Under the pieces are notes generated by a model. The model saw nothing but the letters and a program-made list of their open reading frames with translations. It was not told the origin of the DNA and did no database searches. The position numbers were made by a program, and so were the translations under genes. A stretch of 64,000 nt of DNA from Takakia lepidozioides. Taxonomy: Eukaryota > Plantae > Bryophyta. The stretch lies in assembly GCA_030704615.1 (NCBI GenBank), contig CM060732.1, forward strand, positions 79,050,001 to 79,114,000, given 5' to 3'. Below, one piece after another: positions 52,450 to 64,000 of this stretch (the stretch's first letter is position 1; the number at the start of each line of letters is the position of its first letter).

Positions 52450-54819
52450 TTAAGGTAGATGACCCAATTCAGACCACATTGTAAAATGAACCTCTATAAA
52501 TGTGCATGAAACAAATAGTCGCAAGACCTAGAACGGTCCATCCAGAGGAGATCACCCGTTTTAGGTGCAAAGATGGAACTTTTATTAACAAGTAGTGGCC
52601 AAAAAGTACATAGTGAGGAAGCACCTGGTCCCACGAGTACAGTCCATTCCTGATATAGCAATGAGCCAAATCTATTCTACGCATTAAAACACATTTGCAT
52701 ACTTAAACTGTTACAATAAGAAAATAATTGGTTCAATTTCATAGCAGAATTATTAATTATCGCATGGGAGTGGGCAGTTATCCAATTAATTGCGATCCAA
52801 ATTCAAAGCTCACCTACACCATTTCAAAAACACCAAGTGAGATAATATGATAGAAAGGCGGGCCATTTGTCTGCAAGTGTTTAAAAACAAGAGTCAAGCA
52901 TGCGTTGAACGTAGGACATGGCAGGGGAGGGGTTGAGGATGATAAGATTATATAGGCTAGTTGGACAGTCACGGATGATGGCGATCTGACATGGGGAGGA
53001 GGAGTTACATATTTGAGAGGCACTCAATGATAACGAAATGTCTCCTGGCAAGGCCTGCTGATATCCACGAACTGCAGACACCGACAACAACTGCATGGTG
53101 GTTTGAAAGGGGAGGGCTGTATCCGCCTCAGCTCCACCCCCCCTCAGTTTTTGAAAGGCCGATGGGCTGAATTCGTGCAGTAGAAAGTGCATTTGATGAC
53201 GCTTACTGATTTTCTTACTAGAGTGGCTCAGTCACTTTTGCCAGCTTTACCAAACTGTTCATATGATGTCGCTGATCCGGATTACCATAATCATGAGGTC
53301 GTTTTAGCATGCATTCTGTTCACACTTGGTTGGGGCTATTGGTCATAAGTGGGTATTTTTGCATTTTCTACTTTACAAATTCACCCAAAAACAAATCACA
53401 GAAATTATACACCAAGTCAAAAAATCCTGAAACTTTGGCAATGCCAGTAGTTTTCATTTGTTAATCGAAATGCAAAAAAATGAACAAGAGAACCTCTAGA
53501 AAGGGCAAATCTAAAGCCCACCTCTCAATCCTCTAGACGCAGAATCAAGGACCCTTTGTAGTCTCCCCTCGCTGCTATGGAACCTACTGATCTTAGCTTC
53601 CTGCAGCCTCTCACAGTTCTGGTTAGGGGGCAGTGACTCCTTTTTCATCCTTATAGTTGTTTCCTGAGGTTATTTTTTCCTCAGTTTTTATTAATAAAAT
53701 TCTCCAGGGCCACAGCCCTGTTCACAAACAAAACAAAAAAATCGAAATCTGCCACTATGAGCACCCTGAACTTACTGCTTAAAGGGTCCATAATGGGTCA
53801 TCTACCTTGGATGACACTGGACACTTGGGCCCACGTCACAGGCCCACGTCACAGGCTACCCTAGTATTGTCTATTCTAGAAAATATTCCTACACCTGTGC
53901 CTTTGTCCGCACGGCTGGCAGGAATTCCAGACAGACAGAGTGCAGATTGCATCAGCTGGACAAACGACACGATCATCCAAACCCTGCTGTCGATGAAAGC
54001 ATGCTGTGAATGCATCGATGAAAGCATGCTGTCGATGAAACCGTGCCGTGTTGTCATCCATGAAAGCCATTTTCTCATCCTCCTGGGCATGGTTCATCAA
54101 GTCTTCGCGCGAAGGGGGCTCACTGGTGGTGCAGAGCAGGATCCGGTTGCAGAGGGGCGTGAAGGAGGGGTGGAGCCGGTTAGGATGGCAAACGCTGGAC
54201 GCTGCAAGTAGTTAGCCATGGCGGCTGTCCACTGCAATCACGCGGGCCCAGACTTCTTGTGGAACTACCGCTGCACACCTGTGAACTCTTCACTTGTCCA
54301 TTACTGAGGAGCAAGCTAGCATCGGCTGTGAACTCTCGACTCAGTTGCGGGCTGCCAAGCCATTGAAGGCGAACAAAAAAAAGACATTGCTGGTGGGTCT
54401 CACAGAAGCTGATCGACGAACCCCGCGTCGTTAGAGGAGGAAGATGGTTCTCTGGCTGTCTTAGGTGAGGGATACTCTTGAATCGTGTTGAGGTGGTGGC
54501 CTGAACTGAGGGAGTTTGAAATTTGTGAGAAAGAGATTTGGGTTTTAATTCTAATTGCAAAGATCTAGGGAGTTTCCATGGGAGGGTTCTAGTTTGTTTA
54601 GAAATTTTGATATGCCGGCACAACCTAGAGTCTTTCAGCAGGAAGGACCAGTAATCTAGTAGAATTTTGGTAGGGCTCTCACAAAGTTACTGAGTTCAAA
54701 TGAACGAGTGGCACGCACAGAAACTCGGGATACATCGCCGAATAAAAAATAATGGTTGTGGAGTCCTGTGTAAGGATTGGTTGGCAGAGTGCTTTACCTC
54801 GCAGTGAAAGACTGTGTGA

Positions 54820-55460
54820 GAGAATGTTCTCATAAGTCGTTGTTTGCCGTAGCTTGCCCCGCGTCCAGTTTGGGCCGGACAAAAAGGAACAGACACTACC
54901 ATTGTGAGGGGCTCATCCCGGTAGTGGTACTTACCTTGGTATAAACAATTAGTTCGGGCTTTCCAGATAAGCCCTTCACACAAGCATCAATCTCCTGGGT
55001 GTGAGCTGCCCAGCAACTAGACCCCAACAGAGTCAGGGCTTTAGGCTCAGGGTCGAGATTTTCAAAGTTGGTGAACAGAGGTGCAGGAACAATGTTCTTG
55101 ATGTTCCTGAAGAGGGTCACTTTCTGGTGAGAATACCCCAGACAATGTATCAGAAAATGGATGTTATCTTCAGGATGCCCAGCAATCTCCTTTCCTCTCT
55201 GCATCTGTTTATTCTTCAAAGGTAGGCTCCCTGCACTGAGTTTACGTTTCTGTCTAGTGCTGAGGGTAGGTAGGCCCTTCAGATCATCTTTAATGTCCTC
55301 ACCCATGTTACAGATTGGAAACAAGTTCAGGAAAGTCTTATGCCTAACTTCATTTTCATAGGACAGTATTCGGGCATCCCATGGCTTTAGACACTACAAC
55401 CTACAGGTCAGCTTCATCTAGCAGGGTCAATTCATCTGGGCTAATTTTCAGATACTTGAA
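54820..55460 (-). mobile_element. Non-LTR retrotransposon 3' fragment
   Basis: GHPEDNIHFLIHCLGYSHQKVTLFRNIKNIVPAPLF; same family as above. Confidence 0.75.
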
Positions 55461-55875
55461 AATTAGAGAAAGAGAGGAAAGCACACCTTGAGCTTCTGAG
55501 ATTGAGTATGTCACATGTAATATCTTGCAAGTTAAACCCAATCGGGTGACAAGCTGCTTTAATTCTTCTGAGTAAATAATATTGTACGTAGCAGGTCAGG
55601 TCCTACAAGACATCACCACACATTCGCAGCAATGATACCCACAGAGGACTTATGGCCGTTGGGAATCTTATACATACCGTACTCTGGCTCTTCTTTTCCC
55701 ACTTGAATGAGAAGGAGGTGCTGATGCATGATCGTCGAAGGCTAGGAGTGGAGCATTGCTGGCCACAGCAGGGTCCTTAAAACAACAATTCGTGTATCTC
55801 AACGATTGTGCATACCTTCTGGACGAAAATTGCAAGGCAGAGTCAGGAGACTTAGGGAAGACAAAGTCTGAAGGG

Positions 55876-58800
55876 ATGTCGCTGGCACGTGATCTATACA
55901 AGACAAAGCTGTGCACGCTGTTTCTGCAACGAGGACATTGTCCACGTCAGAGCTGCTCATTTGCACATGGAGAAGCAGAGCTCCGCAAGTTTCCTGGTGA
56001 GCCAATTTTTTCAGATATATTTTTACTTTCTATGGTTTTGGCGTCATGGATACTGAGATCATCATTGAGGTTTAAGGTTGGTATTCTTCTTCCGTTGTGG
56101 TGCAAGGTGACTCTGGTTCATGTCCTTGTGCAATTTACAGATCATCCGAACTTTGTGTTACCAAAAATCACATCAGTGGAGGCAGGCATCTTGTCCCATC
56201 ATCCTGCTGCTCCGCTTTAAACCTGGATCTAATACAACACGTTTCGAGCAACATGGCACTCCATCTAATGTGTTGAACTTGGTGTTTTAACGATATTTGG
56301 CAAGGAATCAGCCCATGGAAAATGGTCCATGTGTAACTGTCCATTCTCCCATTCTTTTTGTGTGGAGATACAGGGTGGCCTGAAGGTCATTAATAGAGAT
56401 TGCCGGGATGGTTGCGGCACATCTTGGTTGGAAGTGACTTGCAGTGTTGGCGAATTTCATCACATCCTACATCTCGGAACCTAGCACGTTGATCTGTAAA
56501 GGTTACATCCACAGTACTTTCTCAATATGATCTTTGCAGCCATTGCAGCTTGGTGGTGAAAGTGGCTACCACCTGTGGGCCATCTTACAACTATTTGTTG
56601 AAGAGAATATGGTAGGTGTAGACGTGATCAGGAAGCTCATTTGCTGGAGGAATGCTTTGCAGATTATGCTTGCCGATATGGTGCTGGATAGAACCCCCTG
56701 TCTGGGGATGGAAGCTTGCGCTCTGGTTATTTATTCTTACATGGAGGCACATTCTTTTCTCAAGTATTGCTTTATTTTCAGTTGTAATTGCCAGGCACAC
56801 ACAATCCATCGAAGGTCTTGTGAATGGTGTCTGGGTTTTAAGGGAGTCATAAATCTCGTGGTAACATCCATGGTAACGCCTTCCACAGATGGTTTATGAC
56901 CATATTCCCTATGAGAATAAGGAGCTATATTAGCCCATGGACATGGGCTTTTTAAAAGCAAGAAGAGGCATTCTTGTGCACAGTCCATTAATTCGCTCCT
57001 GTGCTCCGATTAATTAACGGTAAGCTTATGAGTCTCCATCCACCTCTCAGCAGTAGGTCTTACTCTCATCTGCTTGGTTCGAACTTTCTGGGGGGACCCT
57101 GAAGTGTCTGGTGCGGTGTCTCATGTTGGTGTTTGCACCTTTCCACTTGCAGATACCCGTGGTGGTGGCGATTTGAGGGACAGGTTAGATCGCAGACACT
57201 CCCCACCAGTTTATCGACGCCGATCTCCATACAAAGGTGATAAAGGGCGTGATTCGTACGGCGACCATAGATCACCATTGCGTGCCAAAGGTACACACGA
57301 TTTCAAGTAGGAGCTTCTTAGAATATTACCAAATGTGATATCATCAACGTATCTCAATTTTTGTGTGTTGCAGAAAGTGGTTTCGCATCTTTATGCCGTG
57401 TTCGACGTCCTTGAAAGGACATCGGTGTATCGTAGATCTCGGGCTGCTACCTTATGCTCATCCATACTTGGATATGCTGTTATTTATTTAGAATCTAGAA
57501 GAGCTCAGCATGTTCAGGTGGTCATACCATGTTCATGTCTATGACCATGGGGGCAGGTCATAGTCATTCAAGATCACCAGCAAGGCGCAGGCGAACACGA
57601 TCTCTTTCAGCACCAAGGTCACCGGCATATAAAAGGTAGGTTATTATCAGCAGTTGAAATTTTCCTTGTCCTCAGCGCCATAATTTTTATGTATGCATTT
57701 CCATAGGTTTAAACAGACGCTTGTTGTCTTACCGGGTACAGCATGGCCCTTTGAGAGTATTCTCAGAAGCAAACCTGCATCATGACCTTAAACTAACAGG
57801 AGGGAGAGGAAGAGGTTGCGCTCAGATGCAACAGATGCACACCTCAGTGATGTCTCGGGGGAAGACCATGGGGTTGACAATGCTGGTGCTGGTAACGGTA
57901 GGAGTCCATCTCCGAGTGTCCGAGAGGCACTTGAGGAGCAGGTCCGTAGGCTCATCCCCATCCTTCCCTCTTAAGCTATACAGTTTGGTGCCTTGCATGC
58001 TATCACATACAGCAAGTAGCTAGATGCTGAGTCTGTAGTTGTTAGTTTTGCAATTTGACCTATGCTTTGGTTGCTCTAAGTCGATCTGTGTGTGGGTTTG
58101 GTGCTTTGCTCAGGTGCGGGAGGTTCATGCTGAAAAGAAGGCACTGCAAGTTCAGAAAGTAAAACTTGAGGTAACCCTTTATGATACTCTTGTATCTGCT
58201 ACATAAGAGCTGTATCATGCAAGCAGTTTTGGGTCAACGACCCATGACTATTAACTACAGTTAGCATGGGCAAAAGGCAACTGTAGTAATGGGTATGGTA
58301 GATTTACATCTCAGACAACACATGCATGCCTACTCATTAATCAAGGTCGATACTTACTAGATGGACACATCTTTAAAAAGCCCTGAACAGTTGTGATTAC
58401 ACTTTTGTCTGTCGAGAGTATCAAAAAGGAAAATGCAGATTTTGTTTTTGCTATTTGAGTCATGGCTGCCCGCGAGTACCATGACCATCAGAAAATTGAA
58501 TGACAGCTTTCTCTTCTTGGAATTGTGTACCTGCAGATGTCATTGCAGAAGAAGGTACAGGAGACCACGGAGTTGTCAGAAAAGATTGCCTTACTTGAAT
58601 CTCGGTTAGCTGGGGTTCAGGAGGACTGCAGTGGGTACGTTCTATCCCTGCCCACAACTTTGTAGTGGCTCACAAAGCATGGGGCTTATGAGATGTTCGA
58701 TGGGTGCAGGGCTAGCTACGGGAGCTGAAGGTTCAGGCTGTTATCAATCTGTTGCTCATTAGAAGGCAATGCACATTCAGTTGCTATGCAGATTTTCGTT

Positions 58801-61262
58801 AGATCTGAACGAGTCTAGAGGTGACAGAACAATTGTAGTCATTGTATGCTGTCGCACATGCAGGCAACAAGGCAATATCAGAATGCTGAACTGACAGTGT
58901 GCTTGATCCCTAGTCGTGATTAAGTCAATCCCCTTTCCCTGTCCCAGGGACACCTTTGGCCTTTTATCCTGCTAAGCTGAAACAATGTTGTCCTTGCTTG
59001 CTCACTTGGTTCTGCCATCTCAGAGGCATGACTGATGAAAGTCATGTCAAGGACCAGGTCAACCTCCAATCTATGCTTTAATGTATGTACACTGAGCTAG
59101 TTAAGGGATTTACTGGTGAACGATGCAGGTTGGCATTGAAGACGAGGAAGTTCGTGAAAGCCTCCGCACGTTTTTTCCATGCTCAAGAGGACTTGAAAAA
59201 GTACAATTTAAACTTCACCTTCCTAGTCAATTTTTATCGTGTGGAAATATTGTGTGTGTGGCTGTGAGCTTTTAGATATCAGCAGGTTGTTGGACGTTCA
59301 TTTTTTAAATGATGTGTTTGTCTCTTTCCTATGAATTCCCTTGAAAGTAAATGTGCGGTCTCAACATCTCTTTAGGCTTCAGTTGTGAGAGCCTGTTCTA
59401 CATCTCAGCAGCACAATTTGTCGGAGATGCAGTGGTTGAATGATGCAATGCATGAATTCAAAACTTGATGTACAGGGCACAGGCAAAAATGGTGAAGCTG
59501 GTGGAGGAGTTGGGGGGAAATGGCGCGGGTAGGGTGGACCTTGATACGGAGGACTTGGAGATCACTATCATGAGTGATATGGATGGGAAGTGGAGGACTA
59601 GTACTAGCAACCTGGCAAACCATGCACCTGCCATGGAAGGTAGCCATTGTTTAATTTTCAGAGGCTGATACTGTGTATCTCTTTATAGACTGCTCTTCTG
59701 GTGAAACAGAATATGATGTCTTTTTGGTATGTTCATAAGCAGTCACATCATAGGGTGAAGTGCGATTAGAAATAGATGTTTGTTTCTACTAGTAGTTCGT
59801 GAAGGAAGACCCTGATTATTATTTGTGCTTCCTCAATGCAACTTTTGATTTGCCCAAATCATCTGAGAGTAGTGTATGTGCTTGAAAATGTTGTCATCAT
59901 GCTTGCAATGTCTGAGTCAATGGTTGCAATGTGCTCATTGCAGCTACCGACAACCACCTCTCCTCAAAGAATGATGACACAGCATCTGGTGAAACACAAC
60001 AGCAGAAGTCTACAACTGCATTGCAAGAGAAGCGAAGGGCATCAATTCAGAAAGCTTTGCAAGAGAGTGGCTTCAATGTGACAAGTAGGTATGGAGAGGG
60101 TGGCAATCTAACCAATCGTAAATTGCCAAGTCTAGCCGGCGATAACGAGGTGATGAAAGATGCATTAAGAGACTCCGCGATCGCAACTACTGATATAAAA
60201 GTCAGATCCAGAGACACCACTCCATCTCCTGGTGCTTCCAAGGTAAATCTCTCTGGGGTCATCAAGATTGCACCCCCTTCCATAGAACTGATAACTGGTG
60301 CTTGAGCCGTTCACCCAGAGATTAGTTGTATCCAAACTCGCAAAGATGACTGGGATTTTGACCTTTCAGTTTGAGTCAATTACAGCCAAACAACTACACT
60401 GAATAGACTGGGGAATTTTTGACCCCAACAATCTGCACTTGTGTGTCAATAGCATGCACTCTAATCAAGACTTCCATTCTTGCTATGAGCGAGGTGTTTC
60501 ACTGCTGACAGTCCAGTATCCCTTTGCAAAAGGAAGAAGGGTGTTCCATTTTTTACAGTGGAGTTATGTAGATGCTGCCTCTGCCTATTGGTCCTCTCTG
60601 TCAACTTAATCTGTTGCTGGGACCTTGTGGCAAGCTATACATCCATCAGAGAATGTACTCATAAGATGTTGTTGGCCACAGATCCTGTGCCACCTTTGGG
60701 TGGAGCAAGAGGGAACAGACACTACCTTTGGAAGGCTCACTCCAGTAGTGAGATTTACCTTAGCTGTACATCTAATAGAGAGAAAGAAAGACAGGGACAA
60801 CTAGCAGGGGCTGTACTGATAAGTGAATGAATTGTACATCCCCTACGCATCTAGAAACAATTAGAGACCTTTCCCACCAAACATACATGCAAGGAAGGTG
60901 GCTATACAAGCCAGACCTGATCTTGGATGTATTGAGACCTTGAAAACGATACAATTTATACTGTTGTATGCAATTGTGCCACCACAGGTCTTGTAAGTGT
61001 TGCTGTTCTGTTTACTGTGTAATCACTTCGACCTTGATTCCCCGACTTTTTCACACACTTGGTGCGAGCATTTTGGCGGTCTTGTAACCAGAGCTTTGAC
61101 TTAACAACACTAAGTGATTTCTGGTTTGAATTATAGGGGAAGGGAGGAATGAAAGCTAATCATATTGAAGAGATGCTGAAAGCTATGGGTGATGGCACTA
61201 GCACTGATGATGCCCATGATGGAGGAGGCAGCGACACAAATGATGAGCCTATGCCTGACTAA
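55876..61262 (+). CDS. CCCH zinc-finger protein with RS-rich and coiled-coil regions, multi-exon
   Basis: MSLARDLYKTKLCTLFLQRGHCPRQSCSFAHGEAELR (C-x8-C-x5-C-x3-H). Later exons: DLRDRLDRRHSP, LALKTRKFVKA...AQEDLK, AQAKMVKLVEELG. Last exon ends TAA at 61260-61262. Confidence 0.85.
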
Positions 61263-62719
61263 GATCGGGCACCTCATTTTTCCAGCACATCAACTGATGG
61301 GTCATTCATGATTACAGATTACAAAGTTTCAACTGGTTGTGCAGTTCACGCAATATTAGGAAAGAATCTGAATCCATCTTCTAAGGGTAGCAGAGAGCTG
61401 ACCTCCTTCGTGCAAGGAATGGAAGAGTTGGGATAAGAAAGGGCCCTCTTAAAAGATACAGTTTAATAAAGGCACCACTTGGTCTCGCTTAGAGAAACAG
61501 AAAAATTCTTGCAGACAAAATACTGATTAATCCTTGTAAGAGCTTTTTGGGTATTCATCCCTCCAAGATATGCTCGTAGACTTGTCCCTTGTATGTGGAT
61601 TCTTTCTTTGGTCTGAGCCACTCCCATCTCCTTGCAGTTTTGATCCACAGAGCCTTCTCTGCAGAGTTGAACCAAGCAGTACATGTGTACTGTACTTGCA
61701 TTGTTTATATGCAGCAAGATCTAGGCAAAATATTACCTGCTTACTGTGGCAGAAACAGCGTCTCGACTTTAACTACACAACTCAATGCACACTCTCTACT
61801 TAGGAGCAGAGCACAACAATCCTTCAAACGCGGCATACTCATAATCAATTCCAGATGACACATACCACCCATCGGATAAAATATAGCACATGAAGCTGTG
61901 CCAGAGCCTCAGTGGGCATCACCTTATAGATGTGTTGCTCCAATCCACAACCAAGCCTTCTCTGTGTGGTTCCCTTGGACTACCAGAACCTCAATTTCCG
62001 TTTGCAGCAACCGGCCATCTCGAGGTCGTTTTGGACATCAGGATTTTCTCACTGTCAGATAATGCCAAGCCATGTCGCTCTCTACATACTATTCATGCCC
62101 TTTGGACAGTCAGTTTGGTGACGTGCAGAGTGCTGGATACCGTTCGTGGTTATCTTGCCCCAGCTGGCAGTATTGTTCCTCGCTGATTATCATGCAGCTT
62201 CAGGTGACTCAGGTTGTCCACCTGCTATGTATCATGTAGTGTAGTGTGTGTCCCCTGAGATATGACACTGGTTTCCTCTAGACAAGAAACAGGCAAGTCA
62301 TTAGAGCAGGTAACATCCAACCATTTGACTTCGTAAGAGGGCCTATAGCTAACCTCATTCTTTCCTCATCATCATATACACCACATCCTACATTTCAAGT
62401 GGGAGGCCGATGGAATTCTTGACGAAAGGTTCTGGAAGGGCTGCTGTGGTCTCTGGCTTCATGCCACCTTGTCTTCGCATTGAATATAGCTCCAATCCAG
62501 CCTGTTTCCTCCTGCTTTCATTTCGTCTGTCTGCATACTGAAACAAGAGCAGTAGCATGGCCTAATCAAACCGCCTTCAATCTCGAGAGCCTTGTACCAC
62601 AGACTGAAGCAGGTATCATCAACCGTAGCATGCAGTCGCAATCTATGGTGCAGCATTTCTGCACTGGAGTTAGGAGTTTGAATTGACGACAGCAGGCAAA
62701 GTGAGCTGCTGACCTGACC

Positions 62720-64000
62720 CTAAAACCCCTCCCCCTTCACATCGATATACTCCCCAGTTGCCCTATTATATCGCAGAAGTGCCTCCCCAATGGTGCCAGC
62801 TGCCTTGTTTCGCACTTTTCTCACGAGTACTTGAACTTGGTCAATGGGACCTGCCGAGGGGTCACGGTTGCGGTGTACAACAATTCCATTATCACATTTG
62901 TTGATGAAATGGGCACTACCACTTATGTCGTACAGGCCAGGAGCTTCTCCTTTCCAGACTTGCAACTGCTTTGGATGGGCGACAAACCAGACATGGCAGT
63001 CATGATGTTGGGCGAACCTCTTTATTTTTGTGAGCATCTGGCTCACATATTCTGTCTCCGTCTGATTACTGGGTCGCTGGTGATCTAGCTCGTTATATGG
63101 GTCAATTATCAGCCCTCGAATCCCATGCCTCATCACTGCAGCTTTTGCAAGCTTCAGTACCCAATCCACAGAAGGCAACACCTCATCTTCATGCCGTATA
63201 AGAAAGAAGGTCTCCTGAAGCCATTTTTTTCCCATGTCCAGATCTTCTCTACTCATGCGGGGAATTGCATTCGCATAAGGGGCATCAAAAAAGGGTTGCT
63301 TGACATACTTCTCGAGCAGCTTCCTGGCATGCTCCCGCACTTTGTTTTCCATGGAGCAAAGTGCAAATGTCCACTTCTTCTGCCGATTCAGGTTGCAGAT
63401 GAGTGCATCAATCCACTCACTCTTGCCTGAATTCGGCACCCCAGTCACCACAGTGAGCTCCCCAGGCACCACCCTGTATATCTCATCGAGAGACCGCCAC
63501 CCAGTTGACACCCCCCTCTCATCTCCTAGGCGCAAATGATAATAGTCATCAATCTCTTTGTAGAACTGTCGAAATTGGAAGAGCCCACGAATGGGATACA
63601 GCTCCGCATTATCAATCAGGTCCTGCAATCCCTCCTTCCCCTGTTCTAGAAGCACCTCATTAGCATCCTTGCACTTTGTCCCATCTCGCTTTTCTGGCCA
63701 GTTCACTCGCCAGCATCGCTCTCTTCCGAGTCGGCGGGCAAGCTCCTCTGCCAGAGCAGCTCCTGGTTCATCTGAATCAGTAGCTAGGATGATGCGTGTT
63801 GCACCTTCAAAGTACTCTTGGCAGTTCCACAAGTACTCGTACTTCTTATCTTCAGTGGGAGGAGGAAGGGTACCATCTGCAGAAGCTTTGGGCGGGGCAC
63901 CATCAGGAACACTGACACAATTGGTGATGCCAGCCTCATACATGGCCAGCTTGTCTATCTCCCCCTCCACAATAATTATCTCTTTGCGACCCTTGACGTC
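62720..64000 (-). CDS. Twinkle-like organellar primase-helicase (T7 gp4 family), 5' end beyond window
   Basis: TOPRIM VEGEIDKL...ATDSD, KDANE; SF4 helicase Walker A GVPNSGKS and Walker B IIDPYN; HVWFVAHP; SGSAHFINKCDNG. Uninterrupted for at least 1280 bp. Confidence 0.95.
   Translation of the reverse strand, partial: DVKGRKEIIIVEGEIDKLAMYEAGITNCVSVPDGAPPKASADGTLPPPTEDKKYEYLWNCQEYFEGATRIILATDSDEPGAALAEELARRLGRERCWRVNWPEKRDGTKCKDANEVLLEQGKEGLQDLIDNAELYPIRGLFQFRQFYKEIDDYYHLRLGDERGVSTGWRSLDEIYRVVPGELTVVTGVPNSGKSEWIDALICNLNRQKKWTFALCSMENKVREHARKLLEKYVKQPFFDAPYANAIPRMSREDLDMGKKWLQETFFLIRHEDEVLPSVDWVLKLAKAAVMRHGIRGLIIDPYNELDHQRPSNQTETEYVSQMLTKIKRFAQHHDCHVWFVAHPKQLQVWKGEAPGLYDISGSAHFINKCDNGIVVHRNRDPSAGPIDQVQVLVRKVRNKAAGTIGEALLRYNRATGEYIDVKGEGF

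Noticed and set aside
53807-54623. Possible small gene
   Set aside because: Overlapping short ORFs with stops and no recognisable domain; unsupported without expression data.

Overview
Eukaryotic nuclear DNA from a land plant, probably a bryophyte. That assignment is inferred from the PLS-type PPR debris, the repeat families and the intron style. Host genes: SPB1-type rRNA methyltransferase (-) head-to-head with TSR2 (+); a five-exon conserved coiled-coil gene (BORCS5-like, tentative) that the ORF track only catches in pieces; a CCCH zinc-finger gene; and the 3' part of an intron-free Twinkle primase-helicase. Between them lie pseudogene fragments (CAT transporter, OSB, PPR, aromatic amino-acid decarboxylase) and many transposons (copia, hAT and Tourist MITEs, SINE, LINE tails). 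The most unusual content is two broken Ty3/gypsy elements that can be rebuilt from their breakpoints and 4-bp TSDs. Element 2 (37951-48315) encodes a C5 DNA cytosine methyltransferase in frame after its protease and a PHD finger at the end of its integrase. It has no tRNA PBS; instead it has a 16-nt site complementary to its own LTR. Element 1 (6820-13365) carries a dUTPase-like domain and a tRNA-Ala PBS. Both share a non-standard terminal layout, B-internal-A-NN-B-A, with a palindromic internal end-to-end junction. This looks like a circular permutation of a 2-LTR circle and may reflect an unusual integration route (inference). Both elements were later cut by clean local inversions.
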